Assembly: GCA_965224085.1 (NCBI GenBank) | Contig: CBDCYI010000004.1 | Span: 32,001-96,000 of the forward strand | Length of the DNA: 64,000 bases | Direction of reading: 5' to 3' | From: Candidatus Marinacidobacterales bacterium | GTDB taxonomy: Bacteria; Acidobacteriota; Vicinamibacteria; Marinacidobacterales; SMYC01 | Shown: piece after piece, positions 1 to 10,176 of the stretch | Numbering within the stretch: position 1 is the first letter of the stretch | How the letters are laid out: the number at the start of each line of letters is the position of its first letter | The notes under the pieces: model-generated | What the model saw: the letters and a program-made list of their open reading frames with translations, nothing else | What the model was told of the DNA's origin: nothing | The model's database searches: none | Program-made: the position numbers and the translations under genes

Positions 1-248
1 AACACCAACTCAAAATGACCTTCGAGCACATGCCACACCGGCTTCCAATACACTCCGGTCGCTTCCATCGCTACAATCGTGCAACCGCACTGCCCCAGCC
101 AATCCAACATTTCCAGCAATTCGCTCGTGGCCGTGCCGAACACACGCGTCTCGCGCACCACCTTCCGCTTCGACGCTACCCGCACGCAAGCCGTAATCGA
201 TTTCTGGTGGACGTCCAATCCGGCGCATCGCTTATGAACCACTCTCAT
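1..248 (-). CDS. IS110-family transposase, N-terminal part (runs off window edge; not in ORF track)
   Basis: Minus strand from ATG 248 reads MRVVHKRCAGLDVHQKSITACVR...VAMEATGVYWKPVWHVLE, the DEDD_Tnp_IS110 GLD/MEATG motifs; RBS GAAGGAGG upstream. Confidence 0.9.
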   Translation of the reverse strand, partial: MRVVHKRCAGLDVHQKSITACVRVASKRKVVRETRVFGTATSELLEMLDWLGQCGCTIVAMEATGVYWKPVWHVLEGHFELV

Positions 249-479
249 CGCAGCCTCCTTCACGTCGCACCGGCGTGGAGCCCACGAACTTGTAATCTAA
301 TAGACGCGCTCAACTATCCCAGCTGGAATAGAAAACGCAATTTGGGGTACGCGCAGGACTCCCAGCCAAACTTGACAACGGGCTCAGTCGCACCAACGTT
401 AAGCCGACCTCTGAGCCGGTGCCACCTTCACAGACTACCGCGTTTCATTTATTCGGGGTGACCGCCAGGCCGTGGAAAA
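249..479 (-). ncRNA. Non-coding left end of IS110 element, putative bridge RNA region
   Basis: ~230 bp non-coding region upstream of transposase; internal GTTGTCAAGT (379->370) repeats the flanking ATTGTCAAGT (488->479). Confidence 0.6.
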
Positions 480-777
480 CTTGACAATAACCGCGTCGAC
501 CATGGCGGAAGCTGCATGTAGGCGACGGCGACTCCTCTGCCGCAGGCTCGCCGAAGGTCACGACGGTTTGATCTCGAAGGCCGCATCGATGCCAGCGAAT
601 GCGAAGACTCTGGTCGCGTTCGCGGAGAGGGTCTGTCTCATTTTCTGAAGGGACACACCTCGCGCGACAGCCAGTCGCTCGGCTGTTGTGGTGGCATGCC
701 CTGCTCCGCCTATCGCGGAGCGCCATTGGCCGAGTCACGACCAAGAGGACAACGATGGAGCCTGATCAGAAGCCTGC

Positions 778-1548
778 ATGCAGTGCACCCTCAAGCGCGT
801 CTGGTCAAAATACTCGAACGCCCATCACCGCGAGAGGAATCATCAAGCCAAAGAGCTTCAAGCCGACGAGATTCGCACGTTCGCGGGCAACAAGAAGACG
901 CCGAGTTGGGTCTTCGTTACGATCGAGGTCTGGTCTCGGCTCTGGCCATCGACGGTGACGGGAAGGCGAAGCTACCGGAACACTCACGCTCTGTTTCGCG
1001 ACCTTTCGAAGCGGATGAATTTCGGACGTCTTCCCCTGATCGTCACGGATGGATTCGAATTCTACCAGAAGGTCATCCGTCGCTTCTTCGGTCCAGCGTA
1101 TCTTTACGGCCAGGTCCTCAAGACGCGCAGGAACGGTCGTATCATCAAGGTCGAACGGAGAGCGCTGCACGGAGCCGCGTGGCGATTCGAAGACGCGCTC
1201 AATAACTCCGAGGACTCCTCAACATTGAACACGTCGTTCATCGAGCGGTTAAATCTGACCATCCGGCAAAGCTTGGCATACCTTTCGAGACGAACGCTTT
1301 CCCACGCTCGCTCGACGGAGAGGCTCGATGAGCACATGGAATTGCTCCGTTGCTATTACAACTTCGTCCGACCGCACGGAGCTCTGAAGTTCGGACGTGA
1401 GATCCGAACTCCGGCTATGCAGGCCGGTCTGACCACGCGACGGCTCACCTTTCGAGACATCTTCTTGGCGACGACGATTCCTTTGTGGCTGCGGATCGAG
1501 GTTTTCCTGCTCACTGGGGCGCGCCAACCCGGTCTCTTCCGCACCTGA
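778..1548 (+). CDS. IS1-family-like DDE transposase (5' part degenerate)
   Basis: LQADEIRTF, IVTDGF, TSFIERLNLTIRQ, YNFVRPH, TPAMQAGL motifs. Confidence 0.75.
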   Translation: MQCTLKRVWSKYSNAHHRERNHQAKELQADEIRTFAGNKKTPSWVFVTIEVWSRLWPSTVTGRRSYRNTHALFRDLSKRMNFGRLPLIVTDGFEFYQKVIRRFFGPAYLYGQVLKTRRNGRIIKVERRALHGAAWRFEDALNNSEDSSTLNTSFIERLNLTIRQSLAYLSRRTLSHARSTERLDEHMELLRCYYNFVRPHGALKFGREIRTPAMQAGLTTRRLTFRDIFLATTIPLWLRIEVFLLTGARQPGLFRT

Positions 1549-1575
1549 ACCACTGCCCGCAGCCGCGTAGCAACA

Positions 1576-1875
1576 TATCTGGACTCCTCAATCAACACCT
1601 TTCTCAAAAAAGTCTTCCTCAGAGCTGCTCGTCCAAATCGGTGACGAGTGGGTCAGACTGCAAACATATCTACGGCCTCAGTGAGGAGCGTCTTGGGTGC
1701 TCCGGGCCATGACGGAAAATCCGCGCGCGAGGAGCCAATCACTTTGAGCGACCTCTGAGGGCCAGTGTTGCTATCGGCTTGACCCCGCGCCGGTCCGACC
1801 GGTACGCCATCAGTTGGAAGGGTATCGTCGCAGCCTCTGTTGGAAGGGAAGAAGGAAAACACGAGAGTGGAGCCT
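1576..1875 (-). ncRNA. IS1111 3' non-coding region, putative seek/bridge RNA
   Basis: Segments match the target (1764-1773, 1740-1744) and the predicted donor junction (1710-1717, 1665-1671). Confidence 0.75.
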
Positions 1876-2910
1876 CTATGCGGCCGCGGGCACCGACTGG
1901 AATTCACTCTCGCGGGTGGAGACGGCCCAGACTATCCGGGCGAGTTTGTTGGCGACAGCAATCGCGGCTTTGTTGTGTCCCCGCGAGCGGTGGACCTTCC
2001 GCGCCCAGGCGCGGAGCTTGTCGGGCGGGCTCTTGCTGACGTTGGCCGCTCGGAGCACGGCGCGTCCGCCCTGCGTGAGGAGCGTACGGAGGTAGGAGTC
2101 GCCACGCTTGGTGATGCGCCCGAGGCGGCGAATGTCACCACTGGAGTTCTCTTTGGGAACGAGGCCGAGGTAACTCGAGAAGCGGCGTCCCGATGGGAAG
2201 CGGCGCAGATCCCCAACGAAGCCGACGATGGCGGTCGCGGTCAAAAGTCCGATGCCGGGAATGGTGAGAAGTCGTTGCACCTCAGGAAGCTGCTTGGCGA
2301 GCGCCTTGAGCTCGTGCTCGATGCCAGCGCACTTGTCCTTGAGCTCTCGAATCTCGGAGCACGCATCACGCAGGTGCGGACGGAGCACGTCGGGCAAATC
2401 AGAATCAGCGTCTTCGACGAGCTCGGAGATGGCGGGCACGACGAAGTGAGCGCCCTTGGGGATGAAGAGTCCGAGCTCGCGCAGGACCCCGCGTACGGCA
2501 TTGATGCGTGCGGTTCGTGTGGAGAGCCATCCTGAGCGTAGGCGATGGAGCGCGGCGAGGGTGTGCTGGCGCACGGACTTGATGGGCACCGAAAGAATCT
2601 CCTCGTTCCGGTAAGCCTCGAGCAAAGCTTTGGTGTCCGCGCGGTCGTTCTTGCTCCCGCGTCGATACGGCCTTACGAGGTGAGGTGGGAGCAGGACGAC
2701 GTCGTGTCCCAACCGTCGCAACGTCCTTGCCCAAAAGTGAGCCGAGCCGCAGGCTTCGAGAAGCACGGTGGCAGCGCTCTGTTTCGCAAAAAACGACACC
2801 AACTTGGGTCGACTCACACGGAGTTGCTTGGACACCTTCCCCGCTTCGCGCGAGATGGCAATCTCGAAGACGTTCTTTGCAAGACCCACAGCGATCGTCG
2901 TATCTTTCAT
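1876..2910 (-). CDS. IS110/IS1111 transposase (first catalytic Asp reads Gly in this copy)
   Basis: IAV(G)LAKNVF, LEACGSAHFW, KNDRAD, IPGIG, GLVPKENSSG, AVANKLARI; start MKDTT after GGAG. Confidence 0.92.
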   Translation of the reverse strand: MKDTTIAVGLAKNVFEIAISREAGKVSKQLRVSRPKLVSFFAKQSAATVLLEACGSAHFWARTLRRLGHDVVLLPPHLVRPYRRGSKNDRADTKALLEAYRNEEILSVPIKSVRQHTLAALHRLRSGWLSTRTARINAVRGVLRELGLFIPKGAHFVVPAISELVEDADSDLPDVLRPHLRDACSEIRELKDKCAGIEHELKALAKQLPEVQRLLTIPGIGLLTATAIVGFVGDLRRFPSGRRFSSYLGLVPKENSSGDIRRLGRITKRGDSYLRTLLTQGGRAVLRAANVSKSPPDKLRAWARKVHRSRGHNKAAIAVANKLARIVWAVSTRESEFQSVPAAA

Positions 2911-3014
2911 TCGGACTCCTCCTTTTTCGATGCGTTCTTTCGACTGACTTTGGCACATCGATGCCGTCTATGTCAGCGGAGGAGTCCATCCCATCACTTG
3001 ATGGCGGAAGCACC

Positions 3015-3202
3015 CAGCGAGGAGTCCGCGGTCGCTTTGCTGTTTGGGCTTATCGCCTCTGGCCAGATTCAACTACGACGCATCGACGGCTACCAACGTC
3101 TGAGCGAGGTTCTCGAACACGCGGAGGTTGCCGCCTGATATGATACTCTGATGACGGAGTAGAGGGTGCTGTTCTTTTTCCACGGACCTCGGGACACATC
3201 CC
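3015..3202 (+). pseudogene. 3' remnant of a transposase (IS256-like) plus end
   Basis: ...LLFGLIASGQIQLRRIDGYQ...AA* followed by TTCCAC...CGGGACACATCC terminus-like sequence. Confidence 0.5.
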
Positions 3203-3487
3203 AAAAACTAGGCCCTTTTGAAATAGACCATGAATCAGCAGCTTAGTGTCTGTGTTTGCGCCCGGGCCAAGGGCCTAGCTCTGCTCCATGGTTGTCGCGG
3301 GCCCCACCGTCCACGCTGCATCGACTGTTCGCTTGTAATGTTGCCAGTGAATCAAGTTTTGGCACAGGACGCCGGGGTCCCGGTACGCCGTGGTACCCGC
3401 ACCGATCCGCGTGATATATTCTTGGGTCCGGAAACCGATGCAACGTGTCCACGGAGTTGAGAAAGGCCAAGAACTTGGGAGGTTTCA

Positions 3488-4078
3488 ATGAAAGACAATA
3501 GAATGATTGCCGAGTTGATATCGGAGTTTGTAGCACAGTTGGAGAAGCAGCTGCATGAGCTAAATTCACGAATTACTACTGTTCTTGCTGAGCCGGAGGC
3601 TTCTGAACCGGAGGCTGCCGAGCCAGAGGCTGCCGAGCCAGAGGCTTCTGAGCCAGAGGCTGCTGAGCCGGAGGCTGCTGAACCGGAGGCTGCCGAGCCA
3701 GAGGCTTCTGAGCCAGAGGCTGCTGAGCCGGAGGCTGCTGAACCGGAGGCTTCTGAGCCAGAGGTTGCTGAGCCAGAGGCTGCTGAGCCGGAGGCTGCTG
3801 AGCCGGAGGCTGCTGAGCCGGAGGCTGCTGAGCCGGAGACTTCTGAGCCGGAGGCTGCTGAGCCGGAGGCTGCTGAGCCGGAGGCTGCTGAGCCGGAGGC
3901 TGCTGAGCCGGAGGCTGCTGAGCCGGAGACTTCTGAGCCGGAGGCTGCTGAGCCGGAGACTTCTGAGCCGGAGGCTGCTGAGCCGGAGGCTGCTGAGCCG
4001 GAGACTTCTGAGCCAGAGACTTCTGAGCCAGAGGTAGACGATGGCGATTCGCAATCCCAGGAAGACCGCGCAAAGTAA
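3488..4078 (+). CDS. Acidic pentapeptide-repeat protein, (EPEAA)x30
   Basis: GGAGG RBS, 34-aa helical N-terminus, 30 EPE(A/T/V)(A/S/D) units, C-terminus [12 protein letters not shown]. Confidence 0.7.
   Translation: MKDNRMIAELISEFVAQLEKQLHELNSRITTVLAEPEASEPEAAEPEAAEPEASEPEAAEPEAAEPEAAEPEASEPEAAEPEAAEPEASEPEVAEPEAAEPEAAEPEAAEPEAAEPETSEPEAAEPEAAEPEAAEPEAAEPEAAEPETSEPEAAEPETSEPEAAEPEAAEPETSEPETSEPEVDDGDSQSQEDRAK
3590..4039 (+). repeat. 15-bp coding tandem repeat GAGCCGGAGGCTGCT, 30 units
   Basis: Read directly from sequence. Confidence 0.97.
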
Positions 4079-4119
4079 TGGACGGCAATAGAACTGAGAC
4101 AGGGGATAGGCGTTAGTGC

Positions 4120-4701
4120 ATGAAACCTGTGATCCGCAAAAAAGAAGATCGCGTGCCGCCTGGATCGACTTTTTGCGGAGCACAGGAGGTGCCAACGGGC
4201 GAGGGAGATGTTGGCGAACGGGTTGCTACCCTTGAACAGTCCTTCGCCAGCGAGTCGATGATGCACCACTACAACCTATCGACGCGCCACGTGTTCCAGA
4301 CGCGACGCTCGGATATTCGCTCCGAGACGTTGGCTGCGTTGCAGTCCAACATCGAGGTGGCCACCAGCGGGCAAGCGGTGCCGTTACCCGGATTCCCCGA
4401 ATACTTTCTAAGCATCAGGAACACCTGGGTCGGCGCAGTGGGGTGGCTCATCCAGGGACCCGAGCACCGGGTCATGGTTCAGTGCGTGACAGCCTGGACG
4501 ATTGAGGGCGCAGCAAAGGGCGTGCGCTGGTTGGGGGCGGAGCTACCGGAGGAGTTGGACTTGCCTTGTTGTCTGGTCAAGCTTGGACTACCCCTGCTTA
4601 AGGATCCCGGTGCGGCAAGTTGGCTTGATGATGCCGAGCGGTGCATTAGCTGGGCGATGCTACCCACGCCTCCTCTTGGCAATGGCACAGGGTCGCCCTG
4701 A
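4120..4701 (+). CDS. Hypothetical ORF whose N-terminus is encoded by the MITE (probably a gene fragment)
   Basis: 193-aa ORF; first ~22 codons overlap repeat 4128-4184. Confidence 0.3.
   Translation: MKPVIRKKEDRVPPGSTFCGAQEVPTGEGDVGERVATLEQSFASESMMHHYNLSTRHVFQTRRSDIRSETLAALQSNIEVATSGQAVPLPGFPEYFLSIRNTWVGAVGWLIQGPEHRVMVQCVTAWTIEGAAKGVRWLGAELPEELDLPCCLVKLGLPLLKDPGAASWLDDAERCISWAMLPTPPLGNGTGSP
4128..4184 (+). repeat. MITE family A, short 57-bp variant
   Basis: TGTGATCCGCAAAAAAG...CTTTTTGCGGAGCACA inverted termini. Confidence 0.85.
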
Positions 4702-5182
4702 TAGGTGTATCGAGGCGCTAACCCTTGGAAGACGAGTCATAGGGGTAGACGTTAACCCTAATTGCAAATAAACGTCACCGTGTCTGAGGTCTTTGGCCCC
4801 GTGAATAGCACCTTTTCCAGGTTCTGCATACACCGTGCAGAATCACCTATAGTGGCGGCGAGCGGGTGCCCCAGCACGAGCTTCTCGCCTGCGCCCAGTG
4901 CGGCTGTTTCGCGTTTTCGTGCTTCGAAGATTTTGCGATTAGGGTTAATTCTCTCGCGCACTTCGTAGCAAGGACCCGGACCACGCCATGTCCGCGACAG
5001 ATCAGGACGCGATTCTCTCGTGGGCATCCAAAACAAAGGATCGACTTTCCGTCTCCGACGTAAGCTGGGTGTCGGTCCCACGTATTAAGAATCTGCCACC
5101 TCCTGTCGAGACTTTTCTCGCCGGCGCACTAGCCTTGTCTAAGCGTCTCAAGTTTCAACGCCAGCAAGACTTTGCCCGCTGC

Positions 5183-5897
5183 GCTCCCCTGAGGGAATGT
5201 GTGCCACTCTTAGTTGAAATTTGAAACGGCTCCCTCTCGGGTGGTTTGATGACGTTGTCAAAAGCGAAATCAAGCCGCTCAAGAAAGGAGCCGATATGGG
5301 AAGTCTGCTACGAAGGGTCAAGGAACGCAAGAAGACGCGTCGTCTAGGTGAAGTAGAGGTCATGGAGCAAGAGGGATACGGGGAGCTCGAGGTGGACTCG
5401 AAGGTCGAGATGATCCGCGCACTGGTGCCTCTCGGCCTGATGCATGTTCACGAGTTGCTGGACGCCGAGGTCAGTGAGCTTGCGGGAGAGCGATACGTTC
5501 GGAAATCGGAGACGGTGCAGGGACGACGTCACGGGACGAATCCGGGCACGGTGAACTCGCGGGTCAGCGAGTTCCGGTCCGCGGTCCCCGTGTTCGCGGC
5601 CGCGACGGAGAGATCCCGTTGAACTCGTACGAGAGTCTGAGTCACCGCGGAGAGGTGGACGAGTTGCTTCTACGAAGAGTGCTGTACGGGATCTCGTGCC
5701 GGAACTATGAGTCGGCGGCGGAATTGGTTCCGGGCGCGATCGGTCTGTCGAGTTCGTCGGTGTCGCGCGGCTTCGTCGAAGCAAGCGCAGCGAAGCTGCG
5801 TGAGATGCAGGAGCGTGATCTCTCGGGTGAGGACGTGGTGGCGATGGTCCTGTACGGCAAGACGTTCGCCGACGCGACGATGGTGGTGGCTCTCGGC
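5183..5897 (+). pseudogene. IS256-family transposase, frameshifted and 3'-truncated
   Basis: LLDAEVSELAGERY...RHGTNPG then GISCRNY...SSSSVSR...ERDLS in another frame. Confidence 0.75.
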
Positions 5898-5977
5898 GGT
5901 ACTGTCAAGTTTTCCACGGCTTGACGGCCACCCCGAATGAATGAAACGCGTTAGTCTCTGGAGGTGGCACCGGCTCA
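5898..5977 (+). repeat. Diverged partial copy of the IS110 left end at ~412-492, with its flank
   Basis: TGTCAAGTTTTCCACGGC..CACCCCGAAT.AATGAAACGCG.TAGTCT.TG.AGGTGGCACCGGCTCA shared. Confidence 0.9.
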
Positions 5978-6407
5978 ACACGACGCCTGAGGGAGCTCGG
6001 GTTTGGCGTCACTGCCCCAGAGGTGTGATGAGCTCGTTGCCGAGACCTTGGTGGTTCCGTTCTGCGTGATAGTGCTCGGCAACACAGTGCCCACAATCGC
6101 GAGTTTCTTGAACTCCACTATCCTTGGCATCCGCTCCACGGACGTAGGATTCTCGTCCGCGGCCGGCGAAAGTGGGGCAAGCACACAGCCGTTCGCTTCA
6201 CGGTAGAAGACGAACCGCAACGAGTCTGGACCGAACTTCCGGTCTGGATGTTTGACCGTGCCGTCTGTTCACGGATGCGTTTGACTGGCCGACCCCGCGT
6301 TCATTGGAAAGCCTTGGTAGAACTTAGGCAACTGCTGGACGAGACGGTGTGTGCGCCTCCGTTGGCAAGGGTACAAGATCAGCATCGTTGTTCGAACGTA
6401 GAAGGAG

Positions 6408-6605
6408 GTGCTGATGAAGGCGATACATCGATTTCGTCGAGCGGAGCAACTTCGGTTTTTCGATCGAAACAGAGTTCTCCCCCTGTGGAGCAGTCTTGCG
6501 GAAGACGTCAGGCAAGCGGTAACTCGATTGACGGCGGAGATGCTCCGTGAGCACTGGGCAACAAAATCCACGAACGAAGTAGAGAGGAGGACAAAGGATG
6601 AGTGA
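6408..6605 (+). CDS. Small hypothetical protein overlapping recombinase start
   Basis: Short ORF overlapping the recombinase ATG by 8 nt. Confidence 0.4.
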   Translation: MLMKAIHRFRRAEQLRFFDRNRVLPLWSSLAEDVRQAVTRLTAEMLREHWATKSTNEVERRTKDE

Positions 6606-8769
6606 GAAGATCAGAAAGCAACACCTCGCACGTAAAGCTGTTCTTTATGTTCGGCAATCCTCCCCCCATCAGGTTGCCCGTAACGAAGAGAGCCGACGGC
6701 TCCAATACGCCATGGAGGACCGACTCAAGGAACTCGGCTGGGAGGAAGTCGAGGTCGTTGACGAGGACCTCGGCCGCTCAGCGGCTGGTGGGACGCACCG
6801 TAGCGGGTTTGAAGGTATGGTGGCCGAAGTGTGCCTAGGCAAAGTCGGTGCGGTAGCCGCCCGGGAAGTATCACGCTTCGCTCGAAACAGTCGGGATTGG
6901 CAGAAGCTGGTGGAAGTGTGTCGAGTGGTCGACACTCTTCTTATCGATCAGGAGACGATCTACGATTCTCGCCGCGGTAACGACAGGTTGCTTCTAGGAT
7001 TGAAAGGCAGTCTCAACGAATACGAGCTCGATATCCTAAGGCTTCGCGCCGTAGAGGCTCGTCACGAGAAGGCGCGACGTGGAGAGTTGGTCGTCATAAG
7101 GTCTGCTGGCTATATCACGACCGACGAAGGCATCGTGAAGGAGCCAGACCGCCGTGTCCAGCGGACCATAGGATTAGTGTTCCAAAAGTTTCTCGAGCTT
7201 GGCTCAGCCCGCCAAACCTTGCTGTGGTTCATCGAGCACGGTTTAGAAATCCCTGTGCGCGAGTATGGCACAACGGGCTGGGAGACCGTATGGAAACGCC
7301 CCACCTACCAGCTGGTAATACGAATTTTGCAGGACCCGATCCACGCGGGCGCCTACACCTACGGCAAGACCGAAGTAACGACTGAGTTTGAGAGTGGAGT
7401 CGCTCGCAAGAAAATCAGGCGAAAACCGAAAGAAGAGTGGCTTGCTTTGCTCTACGATCACCATGAGAGCTATATTGCTCGCGAAGAGTTTGAGCGGATC
7501 CAAGAGATGATCTCAAACAACGCTCAATGGCCGAACGGCCCTGGACCTGGAGCAGCAAAAAAGGGGCGAGCGCTCCTGTCGGGCTTGCTGCGGTGCGGGC
7601 GTTGCGGCCGCAAGCTGATGGTGGTCTACACGGATCCATCTCAAACAACGCTCAATGGCCGAACGGCCCTGGACCTGGAGCAGCAAAAAAGGGGCGAGCG
7701 CTCCTGTCGGGCTTGCTGCGGTGCGGGCGTTGCGGCCGCAAGCTGATGTGTGGTCGGGGAGCGCTGAACAATGCGGAAGCTCGTTGTATCAGTTTCGGAA
7801 GTCAGCCAGTAGACGATGCTGTAGCCGGTGAAGTGCTCCGGGTGATCGAGCCTGGTGCCATAGAGGCAGCGATGCTCGCACAGCGAGAAGTTGCTTGCGA
7901 GCAGGATGACGTCGTCGAAGCGCTGCGTCTGGACCTCGAGGCAGCACGCTACACAGCGGAGCGCTCTTGGAAACAATACGATACCGCTGACCCAGCAAAC
8001 CGCCTGGTGGTTGATGAGCTGGAAAGACGGTGGAATATCGCACTCGAAACATTTCAAGAGCTCGAAGATAGGATCACGCAACAGGAAGCTCAGCGAAAGC
8101 AAGTGGTGGCGCCGGACCTGAAGGTTTTCGAACAGCTAGCCGAAGATCTCGGTCGCGTATGGAGTGATCCAGAGACGGACGTCCGGCTGAAGAAACGCAT
8201 CGTTCGTGCGCTGATTGAAGAGGTGATTGTCGACATCGACCGAACAATCGGTGAAACCTCACTCGTGATTCATTGGAAAGGCGGCACGCACAATGAATTG
8301 CGCGTACCGATTCGTCGCCGCGGGCAAAACAGTCTCCATACGTCAAAGGACATCGTCGATGCGGTACGAACTCTGACGCTGGTTTGTACTGATGATGTCG
8401 TAGCAGCTTACCTGAACCGTAACGGCCTACTCACCGGTCGTGGAAACCGCTGGACCCGAGAGAGAGTTGTTTCCCTTCGAAATAAGCGCGGGATCGCTAA
8501 GTATTCACCCCGACGGCAAGAGGCAGAAGGCTGGATGACCCTAACTCAAGCGGCCGCCTATCTTGGCGTCTCTGGCAGCGCCCTCCGGCACAGGGTCGAA
8601 CGAGGTGAGCTGAAAGCCATGCATCCCGCTGCCTGATGGACCTTGGGTTCTTAATAGGCAACAACTTGATCAACCGGGTGTTCGCAAGGTTATCGAGAGG
8701 ATCCGTCAGAATCGGAACCCCGCATCGCAATCACTCGAACAACGAACCCTTTTTGAAACAACAACATGA
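6598..8769 (+). pseudogene. Large serine recombinase, disrupted (111-bp duplication; frameshift near 8625)
   Basis: YVRQSS catalytic motif, EDLGRS, EVSRFARN, LLSGLLRCGRCGRKLM zinc ribbon, coiled coil; split over ORFs 6598-7746 and 7527-8636. Confidence 0.88.
7510..7748 (+). repeat. Perfect 111-bp direct repeat (7510-7620, 7638-7748)
   Basis: Identical ATCTCAAAC...AAGCTGATG blocks 17 bp apart. Confidence 0.95.
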
Positions 8770-8796
8770 CATGATGAGGCAGTATGAAACGTCATT

Positions 8797-9135
8797 CTAG
8801 TGCACGACGTATTCGGTTACCGCTGTCCGCAGGTGTCCCTCACTGAGAGGTACGAAGCGGTCGAGACACTCTCGACGTATGGAGAGAACGAATCTTTCCG
8901 CGTATGCGTTCAGATTCGGACTATTGGCGGGAAGGCGGAGGGGCTTCACGCCTGAATCTCTCAAGAGCCCACGTACCGCCTCGGTGAATAGTGGGTCCCG
9001 GTCGTGGATGAGGTACTGCTTGCGAAGGAGCAAACCATCCCACATGTCCGTGAGGTTTCTTGCCACCTGCTTCATCCACTTCCCGTTTGGGTCCGAGGTT
9101 ATCCCACCGATGCATACGCAGCGAGTGGCGATTTC
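8797..9135 (-). pseudogene. rve/integrase-core DDE transposase internal fragment
   Basis: [10 protein letters not shown]...[21 protein letters not shown]. Confidence 0.8.
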
Positions 9136-9137
9136 GA

Positions 9138-9210
9138 TAAGCTGTTGATTTATCGGCTATTTCAAGAGGGCCGAGTTTTGGCACAGGACTGGGTTCAAAC
9201 TGCAACACGA
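9138..9210 (+). repeat. Repeat family B (TAAGCTG.TGATT...GAGTTTTGGCACAGGAC)
   Basis: Related copies at 3201-3245(-), 3355-3371, 10245-10269(-), 18382-18443, 23066-23078, 23988-24012, 31989-32010, 32635-32664(-). Confidence 0.85.
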
Positions 9211-9219
9211 CCTGGCACC

Positions 9220-9894
9220 TTATTTCTTGCGTCCTACTAGGAGAGTGTTCGGGGGTTCCCGCCAGGCACATTCAGCGTGAAATCCGGCTTCGCGCATGGC
9301 GGTGAGCTCGTCGTCGAGCGGGAAGTAGGTGTCTTCGGACGCCCACTCGTCGAAGTGCTCATAAGCGCGCCGTTCGTCGATGCCGCACGAAACCAAGTGG
9401 GCAGCCCATATGCGGTAGCACTGCTCCTGCGTTGCCGGGTGTGCGCTCATGGTCACGTCGGCGTTCACGAACACCCCGCCGGGGCGAAGCGCCCGAAAAA
9501 TACCCTCGTACAAGGCACGCTTGCGTTCCATCGTGGGAACGTGGTGCAAGGCCAGGCAAGCAGACACGGCGTCACATTCCGGGAGCGGAGTTTCGAAGGA
9601 ACACCTCTGGAAACGCGCGCGGGCTCCGAATCGCTTGAGTCGGATACGCACCCGGTCTAGCATCTCTGGATCGACGTCGATGGCCTCGACGGCGCCCACG
9701 CCTTCATGTTCCAGCATCGCCTCGGCCAGAGCCCCCGTTCCCGCACCGAGGTCTAGCACTAGGGTGGGCCGGATGCCGGCGATTTCACGGGCAGCCCGAG
9801 TCAATCCTTCCTCGTAGCCCGGGATGAACCGGCGAATGGTCTCGTCGTAGGAATCGATCTCGAGGCGAAGGTGGCTGCGAACGGAGTGACTCAT
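9220..9894 (-). CDS. Class I SAM-dependent methyltransferase
   Basis: VLDLGAGTG, LALHH, LRPGGVF motifs. Confidence 0.9.
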   Translation of the reverse strand: MSHSVRSHLRLEIDSYDETIRRFIPGYEEGLTRAAREIAGIRPTLVLDLGAGTGALAEAMLEHEGVGAVEAIDVDPEMLDRVRIRLKRFGARARFQRCSFETPLPECDAVSACLALHHVPTMERKRALYEGIFRALRPGGVFVNADVTMSAHPATQEQCYRIWAAHLVSCGIDERRAYEHFDEWASEDTYFPLDDELTAMREAGFHAECAWREPPNTLLVGRKK

Positions 9895-9912
9895 AACTTG
9901 AAGGCCACAGGC

Positions 9913-10176
9913 TTAAGTCCTACGCTCGCGACCCCGCTTTTCAAAAATGACGTTGAAGTTCGAGAGCTCGAATTGTCCCGTGGCCGCCTGGAGAGACTTC
10001 AAAAATTCAAAAAATGGACCACTCGTGTCCTTCTCTCCACACTCGATCCAGTTGTAGAGTGTCTTCTCGGAGATGCCAGCCACCTGAGCAGCGGCCCTAT
10101 TGCTCATGCCAATTCGAACGCAATCGAGAATCTTCTCCTGCCGGTCAGGCGTGAGTTTCGTTTTCCTACCTGCCAT
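9913..10176 (-). CDS. Phage terminase small subunit-like HTH protein (truncated)
   Basis: GRKTKLTP...AAAQVAGISEKTLYNW...FFEF pattern. Confidence 0.5.
   Translation of the reverse strand: MAGRKTKLTPDRQEKILDCVRIGMSNRAAAQVAGISEKTLYNWIECGEKDTSGPFFEFLKSLQAATGQFELSNFNVIFEKRGRERRT

Larger units (their letters stand above)
1574..2996 (-). mobile_element. IS1111-subgroup (IS110 family) element
   Basis: Subterminal IRs TGGACTCCTC (1580-1589) and GAGGAGTCCA (2979-2988); CA core at both junctions (1574-1575, 2995-2996); long 3' non-coding end. Confidence 0.9.

Noticed and set aside
1805-1812. CGCCATCA match to the IS1111 target as an extra guide
   Set aside because: Same orientation as the adjacent guide and does not include the core; may be chance
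3590-4039. CRISPR array
   Set aside because: Contiguous 15-bp coding repeats with no spacers; no cas genes in window
3352-4269. Antisense and alternate-frame repeat ORFs (SGSAA, QQPPA, LRLSS, RRLLS)
   Set aside because: By-products of a stop-free repeat; the EPEAA frame has an RBS and a paralogous tail
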